A DNA stretch of 64,000 nucleotides. It comes from an uncultured candidate division Zixibacteria bacterium. GTDB taxonomy: Bacteria > Zixibacteria > MSB-5A5 > UBA10806. The notes beneath the pieces were generated by a model. That model did not search any database. It was given only the letters and a program-made list of their open reading frames with translations, and was not told the origin of the DNA. Every line of letters begins with the position of its first letter. Positions within the stretch are counted from its first letter, which is position 1. Location: NCBI GenBank assembly GCA_963801605.1, contig CAWDFP010000007.1, forward strand, positions 192,001 to 256,000. Reading direction: 5' to 3'. Positions 50,137-62,086 of this stretch are shown piece by piece. The position numbers and the translations under genes are program-made.

Positions 50137-50877
50137 CTATTTTAGATCGAAGGCGCGAAGCGTCATAACTTTGTATCGCCGAAAATTAGCAGGCGCCCCG
50201 ATGCTGTCCAGAGCCGCAAATTCGCCGTAATCGGTGACCGAGGCTATAAGTCCGTCGTTGGAATATGCTTCTTTTACGAGCGTGCTATCCTGCGCGCCCT
50301 CACCAATAGGAGGAAGCCTGTACTCCATGACATCGCACTCGATCGGACCCATGCCGGTATAAGCGATAGCGGTGCCTGTCACTCTCTTTTGGACAATAAA
50401 TTGATCGAAATACGACGTGTTCCATCTTTTGTTTTGAATTAATGGCATATTAAGAAAATTATTGGGTTCATTAAGATAGAATGTATCCGATGGTATACCT
50501 CCAAAAATAGCAAGCGAGCCATATATACCAACAAGCGAGTCTCTTGTCATGATCCAGAATTGCTCTATCAGAGTCCTTCCAAGATAATCGGAATTGAAAG
50601 TCGAATCCACTACCAGGAAAGTTTGAAGCGAATCGCGAAGCATACTGGGGCCAACGACCACCCTATGAATCATCGATACTAGCGAATCGGTGGCATAATT
50701 CCCGCTGGGCGTAACGGTATATAATACTGATTTATAATACCAGCTATTCCCCGCCGTAAGCGGAAAAAAAGCTGTTGGATTTTTGACAATGTTTTCTTGC
50801 GGCGGAGTGGGCTTCTTATGGCAGCCGAATATTAATAATGATATAAGAAGAACGAATACAATTTTAAATCTATTCAT
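50137..50877 (-). CDS. Hypothetical lipoprotein
   Basis: MNRFKIVFVLLISLLIFGC lipobox; FFPLTAGNSWYY motif. Confidence 0.7.
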   Translation of the reverse strand: MNRFKIVFVLLISLLIFGCHKKPTPPQENIVKNPTAFFPLTAGNSWYYKSVLYTVTPSGNYATDSLVSMIHRVVVGPSMLRDSLQTFLVVDSTFNSDYLGRTLIEQFWIMTRDSLVGIYGSLAIFGGIPSDTFYLNEPNNFLNMPLIQNKRWNTSYFDQFIVQKRVTGTAIAYTGMGPIECDVMEYRLPPIGEGAQDSTLVKEAYSNDGLIASVTDYGEFAALDSIGAPANFRRYKVMTLRAFDLK

Positions 50878-50921
50878 CGCAATTCCCCTGCGTATATCGC
50901 CAACAGAATAAGTGCCGAATA

Positions 50922-51658
50922 TCATGGCCCCAGCTCAATATTAATCAACTCTGTTGTGCTGATGGCCCGAATAGAATCAATAACAATATTTGAATCGTAT
51001 ACAGCTATCGGCCAGTCCTGTCTGACACTCCTAATCCATCCTTCGTTTGAGTACCAATCCCTATAGTCGGATGAATCCGCATTCAAGTCGCCGCCGGCGG
51101 CGTGGCTGCCGACAATATCACAATCAAAGGATTTATTTGCACAAGAGATTGTCTCTTTTCCCAAAACCGAATATTTTATCGAGACAAACGGCATAATATT
51201 GCTCCACCAAATCTTTTCTTCAGTTAGAGGGTAATCAACTAAGACCACCGCCGAATCGTAAAACCAGGGCGGATCCGATCCCCCGCCGGAATGGATATTT
51301 TGATAGCCGTATTCCTTCAACTTGAAATCCCGCAAAGCCCACCAACGTCTTTTACCTCCCCATAGGCTCTCATGACCAGCCTGGAATGATGAGTCAATAA
51401 CAATGGCTGCGACTATGGAGTTATCCAAAGTATCCAATCCTACTACGCGTCTTATCAAAGTGTAAGACGTGGTTTCAGGGCGTCTGAGCCGTATTATACG
51501 GGATTTTTATATAATTCCATCGATACTGCCAGAGATTGCCAACCTGGAGGGGAAATGTCGAGGTATGATTATCGGGCTTGGTTCCCTTGTCGCTACAAGA
51601 ACCAATTAGGCCAGTATTAACCGCGGCGCATCCATAAGACAAAGCGGGAGGCTTTCAT
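50922..51658 (-). CDS. Hypothetical lipoprotein, paralog of the downstream gene; at least two frameshifts in the 5' part
   Basis: ATG at 51658 after GGAG; a shifted frame reads LIGSCSDKGTKP..TFPLQVGNLWQY; a second shift at ~51480 joins ORF 50922..51458. Confidence 0.55.
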
Positions 51659-51746
51659 AGCATCTCCTTTTTTGTTAAGAGTATTTTGCCGTTTGTAGTA
51701 CGTTGGGGCGGATGCTTTATTCCCTATGGAATAATAGCTTAATTCA

Positions 51747-51779
51747 GGCGGCGTCAGGCAACGCATGCCTGACGCCACC
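51747..51779. repeat. REP-like hairpin downstream of the thiolase gene
   Basis: GGCGTCAGGCA-ACGCA-TGCCTGACGCC; same stem pattern as 26235-26260. Confidence 0.5.
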
Positions 51780-51791
51780 ATCAAAAATAGT

Positions 51792-52976
51792 CTATATCAA
51801 CTCAATCGCCAGCGCTACGGCATTACCGCCGCCAAGGCATAAAGTCGCCATACCGGTTTTGAGACCGCGATCCTTCAAGGCATATATCAAAGTAGTCAGG
51901 ATTCTCGCACCGGAGGCGCCAATTGGATGACCCAGTGCAATCGCGCCGCCATTGACATTAACGCGCGAATAATCCCATTTCAACTCATTGCCATCAGCCA
52001 GACATTGGGCCGCAAACGCTTCATTGGCCTCGATCAGGTCCCAATGGTTGATATCGACTTTCATACGATCCATGAGTTTACGAACCGCATATATCGGCGC
52101 GAAAAATAGCTCTTTGGGATCAACACCGGCGGAAACATAATCGACGATTCTGGCCAGCGGTTTGTGGCCATGCTTCTGCGCATACTCCATCGAGGCTACG
52201 ATTACCGCTGATGAACCATCATTGAGGCCCGGCGCGTTGCCCGGAGTGATGATACCGTCCTTTTGGAAAGCCGGTTTCAGTTTGGCAAGTTTTTCCATCG
52301 TGGTATCACCGCGCGGACCTTCATCGGTATCGAATATTTTTGGATCGCCCTTGGGTTGCTTAATCTCGATTGGGAAAATCTCCTTCTTAAATTTGCCCGC
52401 TTTTATTGCCGCGGCCGCCTTTAGCTGCGAATCAACCGAATATTGATCCAGCATCTCACGGGTCAGGCAAGCCTTTTGAGCGGTATATTCGGCAGCGTTT
52501 CCCATGTGGAAATTGTGGAATGAATCCCAAAGGCCATCCAAAATCATAACATCGATAAGCTGCTTGTGTCCGAGCTTGAGACCGGTCTTCGCCCCCGGAA
52601 TTATATATGGCGTATTTGACATCGATTCCTGACCGCCGGCAACAAACAGGTTGCCATCGCCCGCTTTAATCGCCTGAGCAGAAAGCATCACCGCCTTGAG
52701 GCCGCTTCCGCAAACCTTGTTGATTGTTAGAGCCGGCACTTTCGATGGTACTCCGCTATGAATCCCTGCTTGACGAGCCGGAGCCTGCCCGGAGCCGCCT
52801 TGCACCACCTGCCCCATTATCACTTCATCGATATCCTCAGCGTTGATCCCCGCTCGCTTGACCGCCTCGCGGATAGCCAAGGCGCCTAACTGCGGCGCAG
52901 AAAACGACGATAGTGATCCTAGATATGTTCCTATAGCCGATCTGGCGGCCGATAAAATTACTGCTTGATTTGCCAT
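51792..52976 (-). CDS. Acetyl-CoA C-acetyltransferase (thiolase)
   Basis: NKVCGSG, NEAFA, GHPIGASG and CLGGG motifs. Confidence 0.95.
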   Translation of the reverse strand: MANQAVILSAARSAIGTYLGSLSSFSAPQLGALAIREAVKRAGINAEDIDEVIMGQVVQGGSGQAPARQAGIHSGVPSKVPALTINKVCGSGLKAVMLSAQAIKAGDGNLFVAGGQESMSNTPYIIPGAKTGLKLGHKQLIDVMILDGLWDSFHNFHMGNAAEYTAQKACLTREMLDQYSVDSQLKAAAAIKAGKFKKEIFPIEIKQPKGDPKIFDTDEGPRGDTTMEKLAKLKPAFQKDGIITPGNAPGLNDGSSAVIVASMEYAQKHGHKPLARIVDYVSAGVDPKELFFAPIYAVRKLMDRMKVDINHWDLIEANEAFAAQCLADGNELKWDYSRVNVNGGAIALGHPIGASGARILTTLIYALKDRGLKTGMATLCLGGGNAVALAIELI

Positions 52977-53034
52977 TTAGTAATCCTCCATTTATCAATA
53001 ATCTACTAAAAGTTTTATTTCATCCTGAATAGAT

Positions 53035-53803
53035 TTACTTCTGATCTTTTTTCTGCCCTATTATCACCAGCATATCTTTGCATTTGTTAGCCCATTCGCC
53101 CGCAGGCTCCTTTTCGAGATAGCGGTTTATCCAGCCTTCAGCGTCATTATACTTCCCGCTATCGAAGTAAAGCTGTCCAAGCATATAAATCGCCTCTGGC
53201 ATGGAGCCTACCTTGACAGCATCCATGAAACTTGCTTTCGGCCTCGGTGGTATCGCCGGTGATAAAAGCTATCAATCCCAATCCGTAATAGGCGCGCGGA
53301 TAAGTGGCATCGACAGCAATTGCCATATCCCAGTATTTTTTGGCATTGGAATAATCGCCGCGCATATAATAAATGGTTGCCAGATTATTGTAAGACCGAG
53401 GATAAAGATAATCGATCCGGGAAGCCTTATCATACCAATTCAGGGCTTCATCCAGATTTTTAGCGATAAAATAGATATTCCCGATCGACTGGTAAGCATC
53501 CACATCTTTGGGATTAAAAACGATGGCGCCTTCATAGTTGGAAACTGCGGCGGAATCATCACCCACCTGCTGATAGCAAACGGCAATTTCATGATAGGCC
53601 TGGGCAAAATTGGCCTGAATTTTGATAGCTTTCCTATAAAGTGGAATAGCCTTCTTGGGAAGATTTTGTTCAAAGTAGGCATGTGCCTGATTATAATATT
53701 CCAGGTAACGAGGCTGTTGCCCCGGTTTTGGCCCGCAAGAGATAAAACCTGAAAATCCGCTAACTAACACCATAGCGATTGCGAATAATATCATTCTCTT
53801 CAT
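53035..53803 (-). CDS. TPR-repeat lipoprotein, one frameshift
   Basis: Lipobox FISC and TPR repeats; one extra T at ~53229 (AAGTTTCATG); removal joins ORF 53035..53226. Confidence 0.8.
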
Positions 53804-53881
53804 AAATTTGCTCCGTTTTGCCTCGTTTTAGCGACAAAGGAATATATGATTTGTCGATATAATAATCAATTGATTTTGAGA

Positions 53882-55948
53882 CTACCTCAGGATGGTCAGT
53901 TTATGTGTCTCGCCATATTCCCCGTTAATAATAAACCTGTAAAAATAAATTCCGGACGGTAAATTGAGTCCTTTATCGTCGTGGCTATCCCAGCGAATAT
54001 CATTGTACCCCACTGCATAAATCCGAGGCTCTATGTTTCGAACGAGGCGTCCGCAAATATCATAGATGGCGACTCCTACGTAAGAAGAAACGTCAAGATT
54101 AAGTCGGATACTGGTCCCCGTTCCAAACGGATTAGGGTAGTTGAATACCTGCGACGGATTTTGAGGCGGAACGATTTCATTTGCCACACCGACAATGGTT
54201 TGGTTATCGATAAAAACAAATTTGCCATTGACATTAATAATGATGTCTTCGCTACCGTCACCATCCAAATCTGCCAGTTCGAAATATTGCACAGTCAGGT
54301 CTTGCAGATCGGTTAGCGCGGTCGGCTCAAAAAGAAATGACGGGTTATCGGGTGACCCCACGTTCAGATAAGCGTTCAAATGCCCATTGACTAAAAGCAC
54401 CAGGTCCGGAAGCGAGTCGCGGTTGAGATCGGCGGCGTTGACAAAGTTGGAGCCTAGTTCGAGCCAATTTAGCCAATCGGGCCGTTCTGTCCAAGCGGGA
54501 ATTTGTGTCGTGCCGGTGTTACCAAAGATGGCGAGTTGATGAAGTGAATTATTGTAAACGATCAAATCCAGCCTCCCGTCATCATTGAGATCGACAAGCT
54601 CAGGATAACGAAAACGGGCGGAATCGTTGAGGGAGGCAAAACAAGAAGCTATATCGCCAAACTCTCCAGATGGATTGTTGACACGCAGGCCGAGTCTGTT
54701 GGAATGACTATAAGCAATATCGGGTAATTGGTCACCGTTAAGATCTCCTGATGTCATTCCCGTTTGAACTACCGGCATAAATATATTTTGAAGCCAAGAA
54801 GAACGACTAAAGGATGGCGAGTCATTGCCACCCGTATTTTCATAGCCCGACCAGTCTACATATATATCAAAATGTCCGCCCATAGGATCATATACTGCAT
54901 AAGTAAAGTGCAATGCAAGATCTAGATCCCCATCATTATCCTTGTTAAAAAATGTGAAATCGCGACTGCTTTCGAAATATTGGGGGCCCAATTTTACTAT
55001 TGATGACGGATCGAAATTTGGCGTTGTTGGATTGCCCTCATTGCGGCAAAAAGAAATTACAGGCGAATCGCCCCCGCAGATAAGATCATAATCGCCGTCA
55101 TTATCCAGATCGCCTATCGAAACTGAGCTATTGGACGAGGTACCGGACATAAATTCAAAATCGGGATACAGCCCAAATAATGGTACACCGTTTGTGCCTT
55201 GGTTCAGTAGAACTCCAACATAGTAAGGGCCATCGCATATTATATAAGTAATGGCTAAATCATTGTTCCCATCGGTGTTAAAATCGGCAATATCAATTCC
55301 GCCATAGCCGCAGGGTGTGATATGAAGCTGTAAAGCCGAGGTCTTGCCAATATCGAAAGACCAGTAAGGATTGTCAGGTGTGCCTGTATTAGAATAAAAT
55401 ACATATGAATATTCGCCATTGGATAGGACAATCAGATCGAGGTTTCCATCGCTGTCCCAATCGACAAATCTCTGATCGCAAACCGGCATCTCGATCCGCG
55501 CATGGTCAGTCATATAACCCGAAAGCTCTTGCCAATCGGGAGCATCGAAGCCACCCCTGTTCCTAAAAACTCGCATTGAATCAATCGGGAAGTCTGCATT
55601 CTTGAAGCTAACCACCAATTCCAGTGAGTCATCGTTGTCGATATCCCCTGATGTCGGCACAACAGAATGGGAAAATTGGAATGAGGCAAAATAAGTCGTA
55701 TCTTCTCGCCAGGCGACAACATCTGGAAAGCCGTCATTCAAATAAAGCTTGATCGTGCCATCTCCCTGGCCCACGATGAGATCTAGATCCGAATCCCCAT
55801 CAATATCATAAAGGAATGGCGAACATGTGTCAGCAACATCAATTCGGCTCGGGTTTAACAACGTATTCGACATGTCCCAATGCCAATCTTGGGCATTAGA
55901 AAGGGAAATCCAGATAAAAAAGGTCCCCGCGATTATCAGGGACCTCAA
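53882..55948 (-). CDS. Secreted FG-GAP/VCBS-repeat beta-propeller protein with T9SS-type CTD
   Basis: About ten DxDxDGDxDL repeats and N-x-G-T-x-x-x-P-x-W/F motifs; NYPNPF..SGIYFY. Confidence 0.85.
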   Translation of the reverse strand: MRSLIIAGTFFIWISLSNAQDWHWDMSNTLLNPSRIDVADTCSPFLYDIDGDSDLDLIVGQGDGTIKLYLNDGFPDVVAWREDTTYFASFQFSHSVVPTSGDIDNDDSLELVVSFKNADFPIDSMRVFRNRGGFDAPDWQELSGYMTDHARIEMPVCDQRFVDWDSDGNLDLIVLSNGEYSYVFYSNTGTPDNPYWSFDIGKTSALQLHITPCGYGGIDIADFNTDGNNDLAITYIICDGPYYVGVLLNQGTNGVPLFGLYPDFEFMSGTSSNSSVSIGDLDNDGDYDLICGGDSPVISFCRNEGNPTTPNFDPSSIVKLGPQYFESSRDFTFFNKDNDGDLDLALHFTYAVYDPMGGHFDIYVDWSGYENTGGNDSPSFSRSSWLQNIFMPVVQTGMTSGDLNGDQLPDIAYSHSNRLGLRVNNPSGEFGDIASCFASLNDSARFRYPELVDLNDDGRLDLIVYNNSLHQLAIFGNTGTTQIPAWTERPDWLNWLELGSNFVNAADLNRDSLPDLVLLVNGHLNAYLNVGSPDNPSFLFEPTALTDLQDLTVQYFELADLDGDGSEDIIINVNGKFVFIDNQTIVGVANEIVPPQNPSQVFNYPNPFGTGTSIRLNLDVSSYVGVAIYDICGRLVRNIEPRIYAVGYNDIRWDSHDDKGLNLPSGIYFYRFIINGEYGETHKLTILR

Positions 55949-55971
55949 TATAACTTTTGACAGATTACCTC

Positions 55972-57474
55972 CTATTTCAGAAGGAGCATCTCTCTACTTA
56001 CGCCGCTGTTACCGTTAATGCTTAGCCTGTAAAAGTATACACCGGATGAAACTGGATGTCCAGCGTAATCGTTACCGTCCCAGATAACGCTGTGCGGGCC
56101 ACTCTCCAATTCGCCATCTTGAAGAATCGCCACCTTCCTGCCAGCAATATCAAAAACGGTAAGCTCGACCGCTGACGGCGAAACCAGATCGAAGTCAATC
56201 CTGGTTTTGCCATTGAATGGATTCGGATAATTTTGTCGAAGCGTAAACTCGCCGGGCATAGCATTATCGCTTATTCCGTTGGGCTCAATCACTAATGTAT
56301 CCCAGGGAGTCTCAACCATAGTTGCACCGTCGGAATAGCGGAAATAATAATAATGCGGACCCTCCCCCGGCCAGGCCAGGGCGTGACCAAAAGTAGCGGT
56401 ATCGCTGTAAGAATGATCCAGCGATCCCATATCGAAAACACCGCGGTCGAAAAATAGTTGTCTGATTACCGGTAAATTATTATCGGCATCGGAATAATCG
56501 CAGCGAACATTGATCCCGATATTGGGCAGCAGGTCAAAGGCGATATTGGATATGACCGGCGCTTGATTACCGGTTGTATTCAGATACTGCGTCTTTGGTA
56601 TAAATATGGATGGATAAGAGTAATCGTTAAATGACGGTGTACCCGTTATGGTCACTGTCGCTGTAAATCCGGCCATCATGATATACCCGGACGCGGGCGG
56701 CCAGGTTGGGAATCCCGGTAAAGTTAATAGATCGCTGATATTACAGGCCATGTGAAGATCGCCGCCCGAAACTTGTGAACTGATAGCGGCGACTCGTTGA
56801 AATGTAGTATCGGCTAAATTGATTGTATAAATTCCCGGTTGAAATAAAAGCGGAACATTGACAGTCACCAAAGCGGTCACAGTCAGGTTAAGCGTATCCG
56901 GATTTAATAGTATCACGCCATAAATAAAGTAAGTCGTGTACTGTTGATTACCCGGCCAGCCGCCGCCGGCGTTGGAAAGACGGACAAATAGCTTGCTATC
57001 GGAATAGGTTGCCGCCGCCCCTGTAAGGTCAAGCCACGGCCCGATCGTTCCTGACAATGTATCTCCAACAGCATCGGGGGCCAGGTCTGCATAAAGAATC
57101 GATGCCGGCGGAAACTGGTTGGATGTATTTTTATAAGACTGGGTTGCAACCAGAGTATCGGCCGCGATTCGCGCATAATACTGAATAGGACCGGCCGGGT
57201 TCGTGAAATGCATCGCTCCCTCAAAGGTCGTCAAATAAAATGGATCAGGCGCCGCGTGGCTCAGGATAATCGTCGAATCGGCAGTTGCTCCCGATGGTCT
57301 GGCTTTGATAATAGCATCATAATACGGCAAGCCATAAGGATCTATAAAATCCAGATTAACGATTGCCGAATCACCGGGCATGAGCGCCGATGATACTACA
57401 TTTTCGATGGGCGCAGCGTAAATGCTTCCGGTAATAATCAGCAAACTGCAGAAAACCATTAGCGATGTTTTCAT
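55972..57474 (-). CDS. Secreted protein of unknown function with T9SS-type CTD
   Basis: Signal peptide; YSDADNN and YYYFRYSDG; LRQNYPNPFN..SGVYFYRL..MLLLK. Confidence 0.75.
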   Translation of the reverse strand: MKTSLMVFCSLLIITGSIYAAPIENVVSSALMPGDSAIVNLDFIDPYGLPYYDAIIKARPSGATADSTIILSHAAPDPFYLTTFEGAMHFTNPAGPIQYYARIAADTLVATQSYKNTSNQFPPASILYADLAPDAVGDTLSGTIGPWLDLTGAAATYSDSKLFVRLSNAGGGWPGNQQYTTYFIYGVILLNPDTLNLTVTALVTVNVPLLFQPGIYTINLADTTFQRVAAISSQVSGGDLHMACNISDLLTLPGFPTWPPASGYIMMAGFTATVTITGTPSFNDYSYPSIFIPKTQYLNTTGNQAPVISNIAFDLLPNIGINVRCDYSDADNNLPVIRQLFFDRGVFDMGSLDHSYSDTATFGHALAWPGEGPHYYYFRYSDGATMVETPWDTLVIEPNGISDNAMPGEFTLRQNYPNPFNGKTRIDFDLVSPSAVELTVFDIAGRKVAILQDGELESGPHSVIWDGNDYAGHPVSSGVYFYRLSINGNSGVSREMLLLK

Positions 57475-57483
57475 ATTCAACTC

Positions 57484-57891
57484 CTAAGATTTTACTTCTT
57501 TAAGCTCTATTAAAATGCCCCCGGTGCTATCGGGATGAATAAATGCAATCAAAGAACCTTCGGCCCCTCGCCTTGGCTTCTCGTCAATAAGGTTAATATT
57601 TTTATCCTTAAGTTCCTTCAGCGCCTGTTCGATATCCTCCACTAACAGGCAGATATGATGAATGCCCGGCCCACGCTGCTTGAGATATTTGGAAATGGCA
57701 GTATTCTCGCTAAGCGGCGCGACCAGTTCGAGATTGGTATTGTCAAGGTTGATCAATGATAGGCGCACTTTGCTGACCGTATTTTGCTGAGTTAGTATTT
57801 CCTTAAGTCCGAACAGATCCTCTAAAATAGCGCCGTGCTTTTCCAGATCGTTAGTGACTATCGCCACATGATCCAGTCCCAATATTTTCAT
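57484..57891 (-). CDS. mce: Methylmalonyl-CoA epimerase
   Basis: DHVAI, LELV, GIHHICL and [14 protein letters not shown]; overlaps the mutase stop. Confidence 0.92.
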   Translation of the reverse strand: MKILGLDHVAIVTNDLEKHGAILEDLFGLKEILTQQNTVSKVRLSLINLDNTNLELVAPLSENTAISKYLKQRGPGIHHICLLVEDIEQALKELKDKNINLIDEKPRRGAEGSLIAFIHPDSTGGILIELKEVKS

Positions 57892-59459
57892 AAGGTCACA
57901 TTCTCCTTATATTCGCCCCAAATCGAGCGTAAAACATCGCAGATCTCGCCCAGCGTTACAAACGATTCCACGCATTCCACCACAACCGGCATGATATTTC
58001 GCCCCTCCTGGGCCGCTTCTCGAAGTAAAGATAACTTATTTGAAATATCACCGCGCTTTTCTTTAATGGAACGCAAAAATTCGATTTGTCTTTTCTCAAG
58101 CTCTGGATCGACCTTAAGAATATTCTCAGGAACTGACGATGCACTTTGATAAGCATTGACTCCAACGATCAGGCGCTTTTGGGATTCGATTTCTTTCTGA
58201 TACTCATAAGCCGAACGCTGGATCTCTTTCTGGAAATAACCTGTCTCAACCGCTCTCATCGCCCCACCCATCTTATCGATCTCATTAATATACTTTTGGA
58301 CATGCTCGATAATTTCGGCGGTTAAGGTTTCAAGATAGTAAGAGCCGGCCAGCGGATCGACCGTTTCGGTCACTCCTGATTCATGGGCGATTATTTGCTG
58401 GGTTCGTAAAGCGACCAGAACGCTTTTTTCAGTCGGAAGAGCCAATGCCTCATCCATGGAATTGGTATGCAGCGATTGTGTGCCGCCCAGTACCGCCGCC
58501 AGAGCCTGAATTGTCACGCGAGCTACATTATTCTCCGGCTGTTGGGCCGTTAGAGTTGCCCCGGCTGTTTGAGTATGAAACCGAAGCATGCAGGATCGAT
58601 CATCCTTTGCCTTGAAACGCTCGCGCATAATCTTGGCCCATAGATATCGGGCGGCGCGAAACTTGGCGATCTCCTCGAACAGATTATTATGAGCATTAAA
58701 GAAAAACGATAAGCGCGGCGCAAAATCATCGATATCGAGACCCGCGGCCAATGCCTGTTCTACATAGCAAATGCCGTCGGCAAGAGTAAATGCCACTTCC
58801 TGCACGGCGGTAGATCCGGCCTCACGAATGTGATATCCGGAAATTGAAATCGTGTTCCACTGCGGCACATTATCTTTGCAATAAACAAAAATATCGGTAA
58901 TGAGCTTGAGCGATGGCTTTGGGGGAAATATATAAGTCCCCCGCGCGATATATTCTTTAAGGATATCATTCTGAATTGTACCACGAAGTTTCTCTGGCGC
59001 TACTCCCTGCCTTTTGGCTACCGCGATATATAACGCCAGCAGTACAAAGGCCGTTGCGTTTATGGTCATCGATGTAGAAACTTTATCAAGCGGAATATCC
59101 TTTAGTAGGATTTCCATATCGGCAATAGTATCAATTGCTACCCCGGTCCTCCCCACCTCGCCGTTGGCAAGGCTATGGTCGCTATTGTATCCAATCTGAG
59201 TGGGAAGATCGAAAGCTACCGAAAGGCCGGTTTGTCCTTGAGAGAGCAGATAGCGAAATCGGGCGTTGGATTGCTCCGCGCTTCCATAGCCCGCATATTG
59301 ACGCATTGTCCAGGGACGGCCCAGATACATGTCCGCGTAGATGCCGCGAGTGAATGGAAATTCGCCAGGCGCGCTTCCAAGCTGCGGCAATCCCGCGACA
59401 TCAGTATTATCGTATACGGGCTTTATCGATATGCCAGATGATAACTTACGTTCTTTCAT
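57888..59459 (-). CDS. Methylmalonyl-CoA mutase large (catalytic) subunit
   Basis: [36 protein letters not shown] and RFHTQT; no B12-binding domain. Confidence 0.93.
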   Translation of the reverse strand: MKERKLSSGISIKPVYDNTDVAGLPQLGSAPGEFPFTRGIYADMYLGRPWTMRQYAGYGSAEQSNARFRYLLSQGQTGLSVAFDLPTQIGYNSDHSLANGEVGRTGVAIDTIADMEILLKDIPLDKVSTSMTINATAFVLLALYIAVAKRQGVAPEKLRGTIQNDILKEYIARGTYIFPPKPSLKLITDIFVYCKDNVPQWNTISISGYHIREAGSTAVQEVAFTLADGICYVEQALAAGLDIDDFAPRLSFFFNAHNNLFEEIAKFRAARYLWAKIMRERFKAKDDRSCMLRFHTQTAGATLTAQQPENNVARVTIQALAAVLGGTQSLHTNSMDEALALPTEKSVLVALRTQQIIAHESGVTETVDPLAGSYYLETLTAEIIEHVQKYINEIDKMGGAMRAVETGYFQKEIQRSAYEYQKEIESQKRLIVGVNAYQSASSVPENILKVDPELEKRQIEFLRSIKEKRGDISNKLSLLREAAQEGRNIMPVVVECVESFVTLGEICDVLRSIWGEYKENVTL

Positions 59460-59649
59460 AGCATAGAACCTTCAGACCAATATAATATAAAACCCAAAAA
59501 TTAAAATATAAATATATGGCCCGAGTATCGGTCTATTCCTGTCTGAATCATCCCCAACCGGGATACGGGATAATTTTCGATGGCAAATTGTCATAAAACG
59601 TCCCGTAAGGAAACCGTAGAGGCTAAAAATGAATTCTTAAGCCTGATGA

Positions 59650-61065
<1,416 letters not shown>

Positions 61066-61096
61066 AAATTTATTTTTTAGTGAAATTATTTTAAAC

Positions 61097-62083
61097 TTAG
61101 CGTAACGATACCTCGCCCGCGGCAAAGATGGTAACCCCATTTTTGTCGCGAACCCGCAAGGCGCCGTTTTGATCGAACCCAATCGCCGTAGCCACGATTT
61201 TCTTTTTGCCTAAAGTAATCGTAACCTTCTGTCCTAATACGGCCGAACGCGTAACGAGCTCAGGCCCCAGAAATCGCAGGCCATAGCGATGAAAATTGTG
61301 GTACGATTTTTCAAATTCGTACAGAAATTCGCGAAGCAGGTCCACCCGGTCGATCTTTTTACCGGCCACAATTGCTGCCGATGTTGCCTTCGCTCTTAGA
61401 TTTGATGGAAAATCTTCTGGCTTATGATTAACGTTTATGCCAATACCAAGAATCGCGTAGCTTACGCGGTCAAGCTCGGCTGATAACTCTACCAATATGC
61501 CTGCCGTTTTTTTACCCTTAAGCAGGCAATCATTCGGCCATTTAATTAGCGCCTTCTCCCCCGTATGACGGTCCAGCACCCGACAGACTGAAAGAGCAGC
61601 GACCAACGATAGTGCTGGCATCTTGGAAAAATCAAGTTGAGGACGGAGTACCAGCGAAAAGTAAAGTCCCAGTCCTATTGGTGAATGCCAGCTTCGGCCC
61701 GACCTGCCTCGACCTCGTGTTTGCTTTTCGGATATTATCAGCGTTCCTTCCGGAGCGCCCGATTCGGCTAATCGCTTGGCCAATTCATTTGTCGATGCTA
61801 CGCTTTTATAGCAATGAACCTGGCACCCCATTATGCGGCATTTAAGGCCCGTGTGGAGAAGCGCCGGCAGGATGATTTCGGGTATCGAATGAAGTGCGTA
61901 TCCGTGACTGGCAGTATCGATCTCCACCCCGGAATCTCTGAGATGCTTGATAGCGCTTTTAATGACGCCTTTATCAAGTCCGGTTTTTTGCTCAAGCTCC
62001 TCGTGCGATACGGTCAGACCGAGTGATTCCTTTAGCGCCGATAAAACCAGAGCGTTTATTTTATTTTCTGATGATGTCAGCAA
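61097..62083 (-). CDS. birA: Bifunctional biotin--[acetyl-CoA carboxylase] ligase / repressor
   Basis: N-terminal wHTH; STN, QTRGRGRSGRSW, KWPND and KTAGIL. Confidence 0.93.
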   Translation of the reverse strand: MLTSSENKINALVLSALKESLGLTVSHEELEQKTGLDKGVIKSAIKHLRDSGVEIDTASHGYALHSIPEIILPALLHTGLKCRIMGCQVHCYKSVASTNELAKRLAESGAPEGTLIISEKQTRGRGRSGRSWHSPIGLGLYFSLVLRPQLDFSKMPALSLVAALSVCRVLDRHTGEKALIKWPNDCLLKGKKTAGILVELSAELDRVSYAILGIGINVNHKPEDFPSNLRAKATSAAIVAGKKIDRVDLLREFLYEFEKSYHNFHRYGLRFLGPELVTRSAVLGQKVTITLGKKKIVATAIGFDQNGALRVRDKNGVTIFAAGEVSLR

Positions 62084-62086
62084 GAT

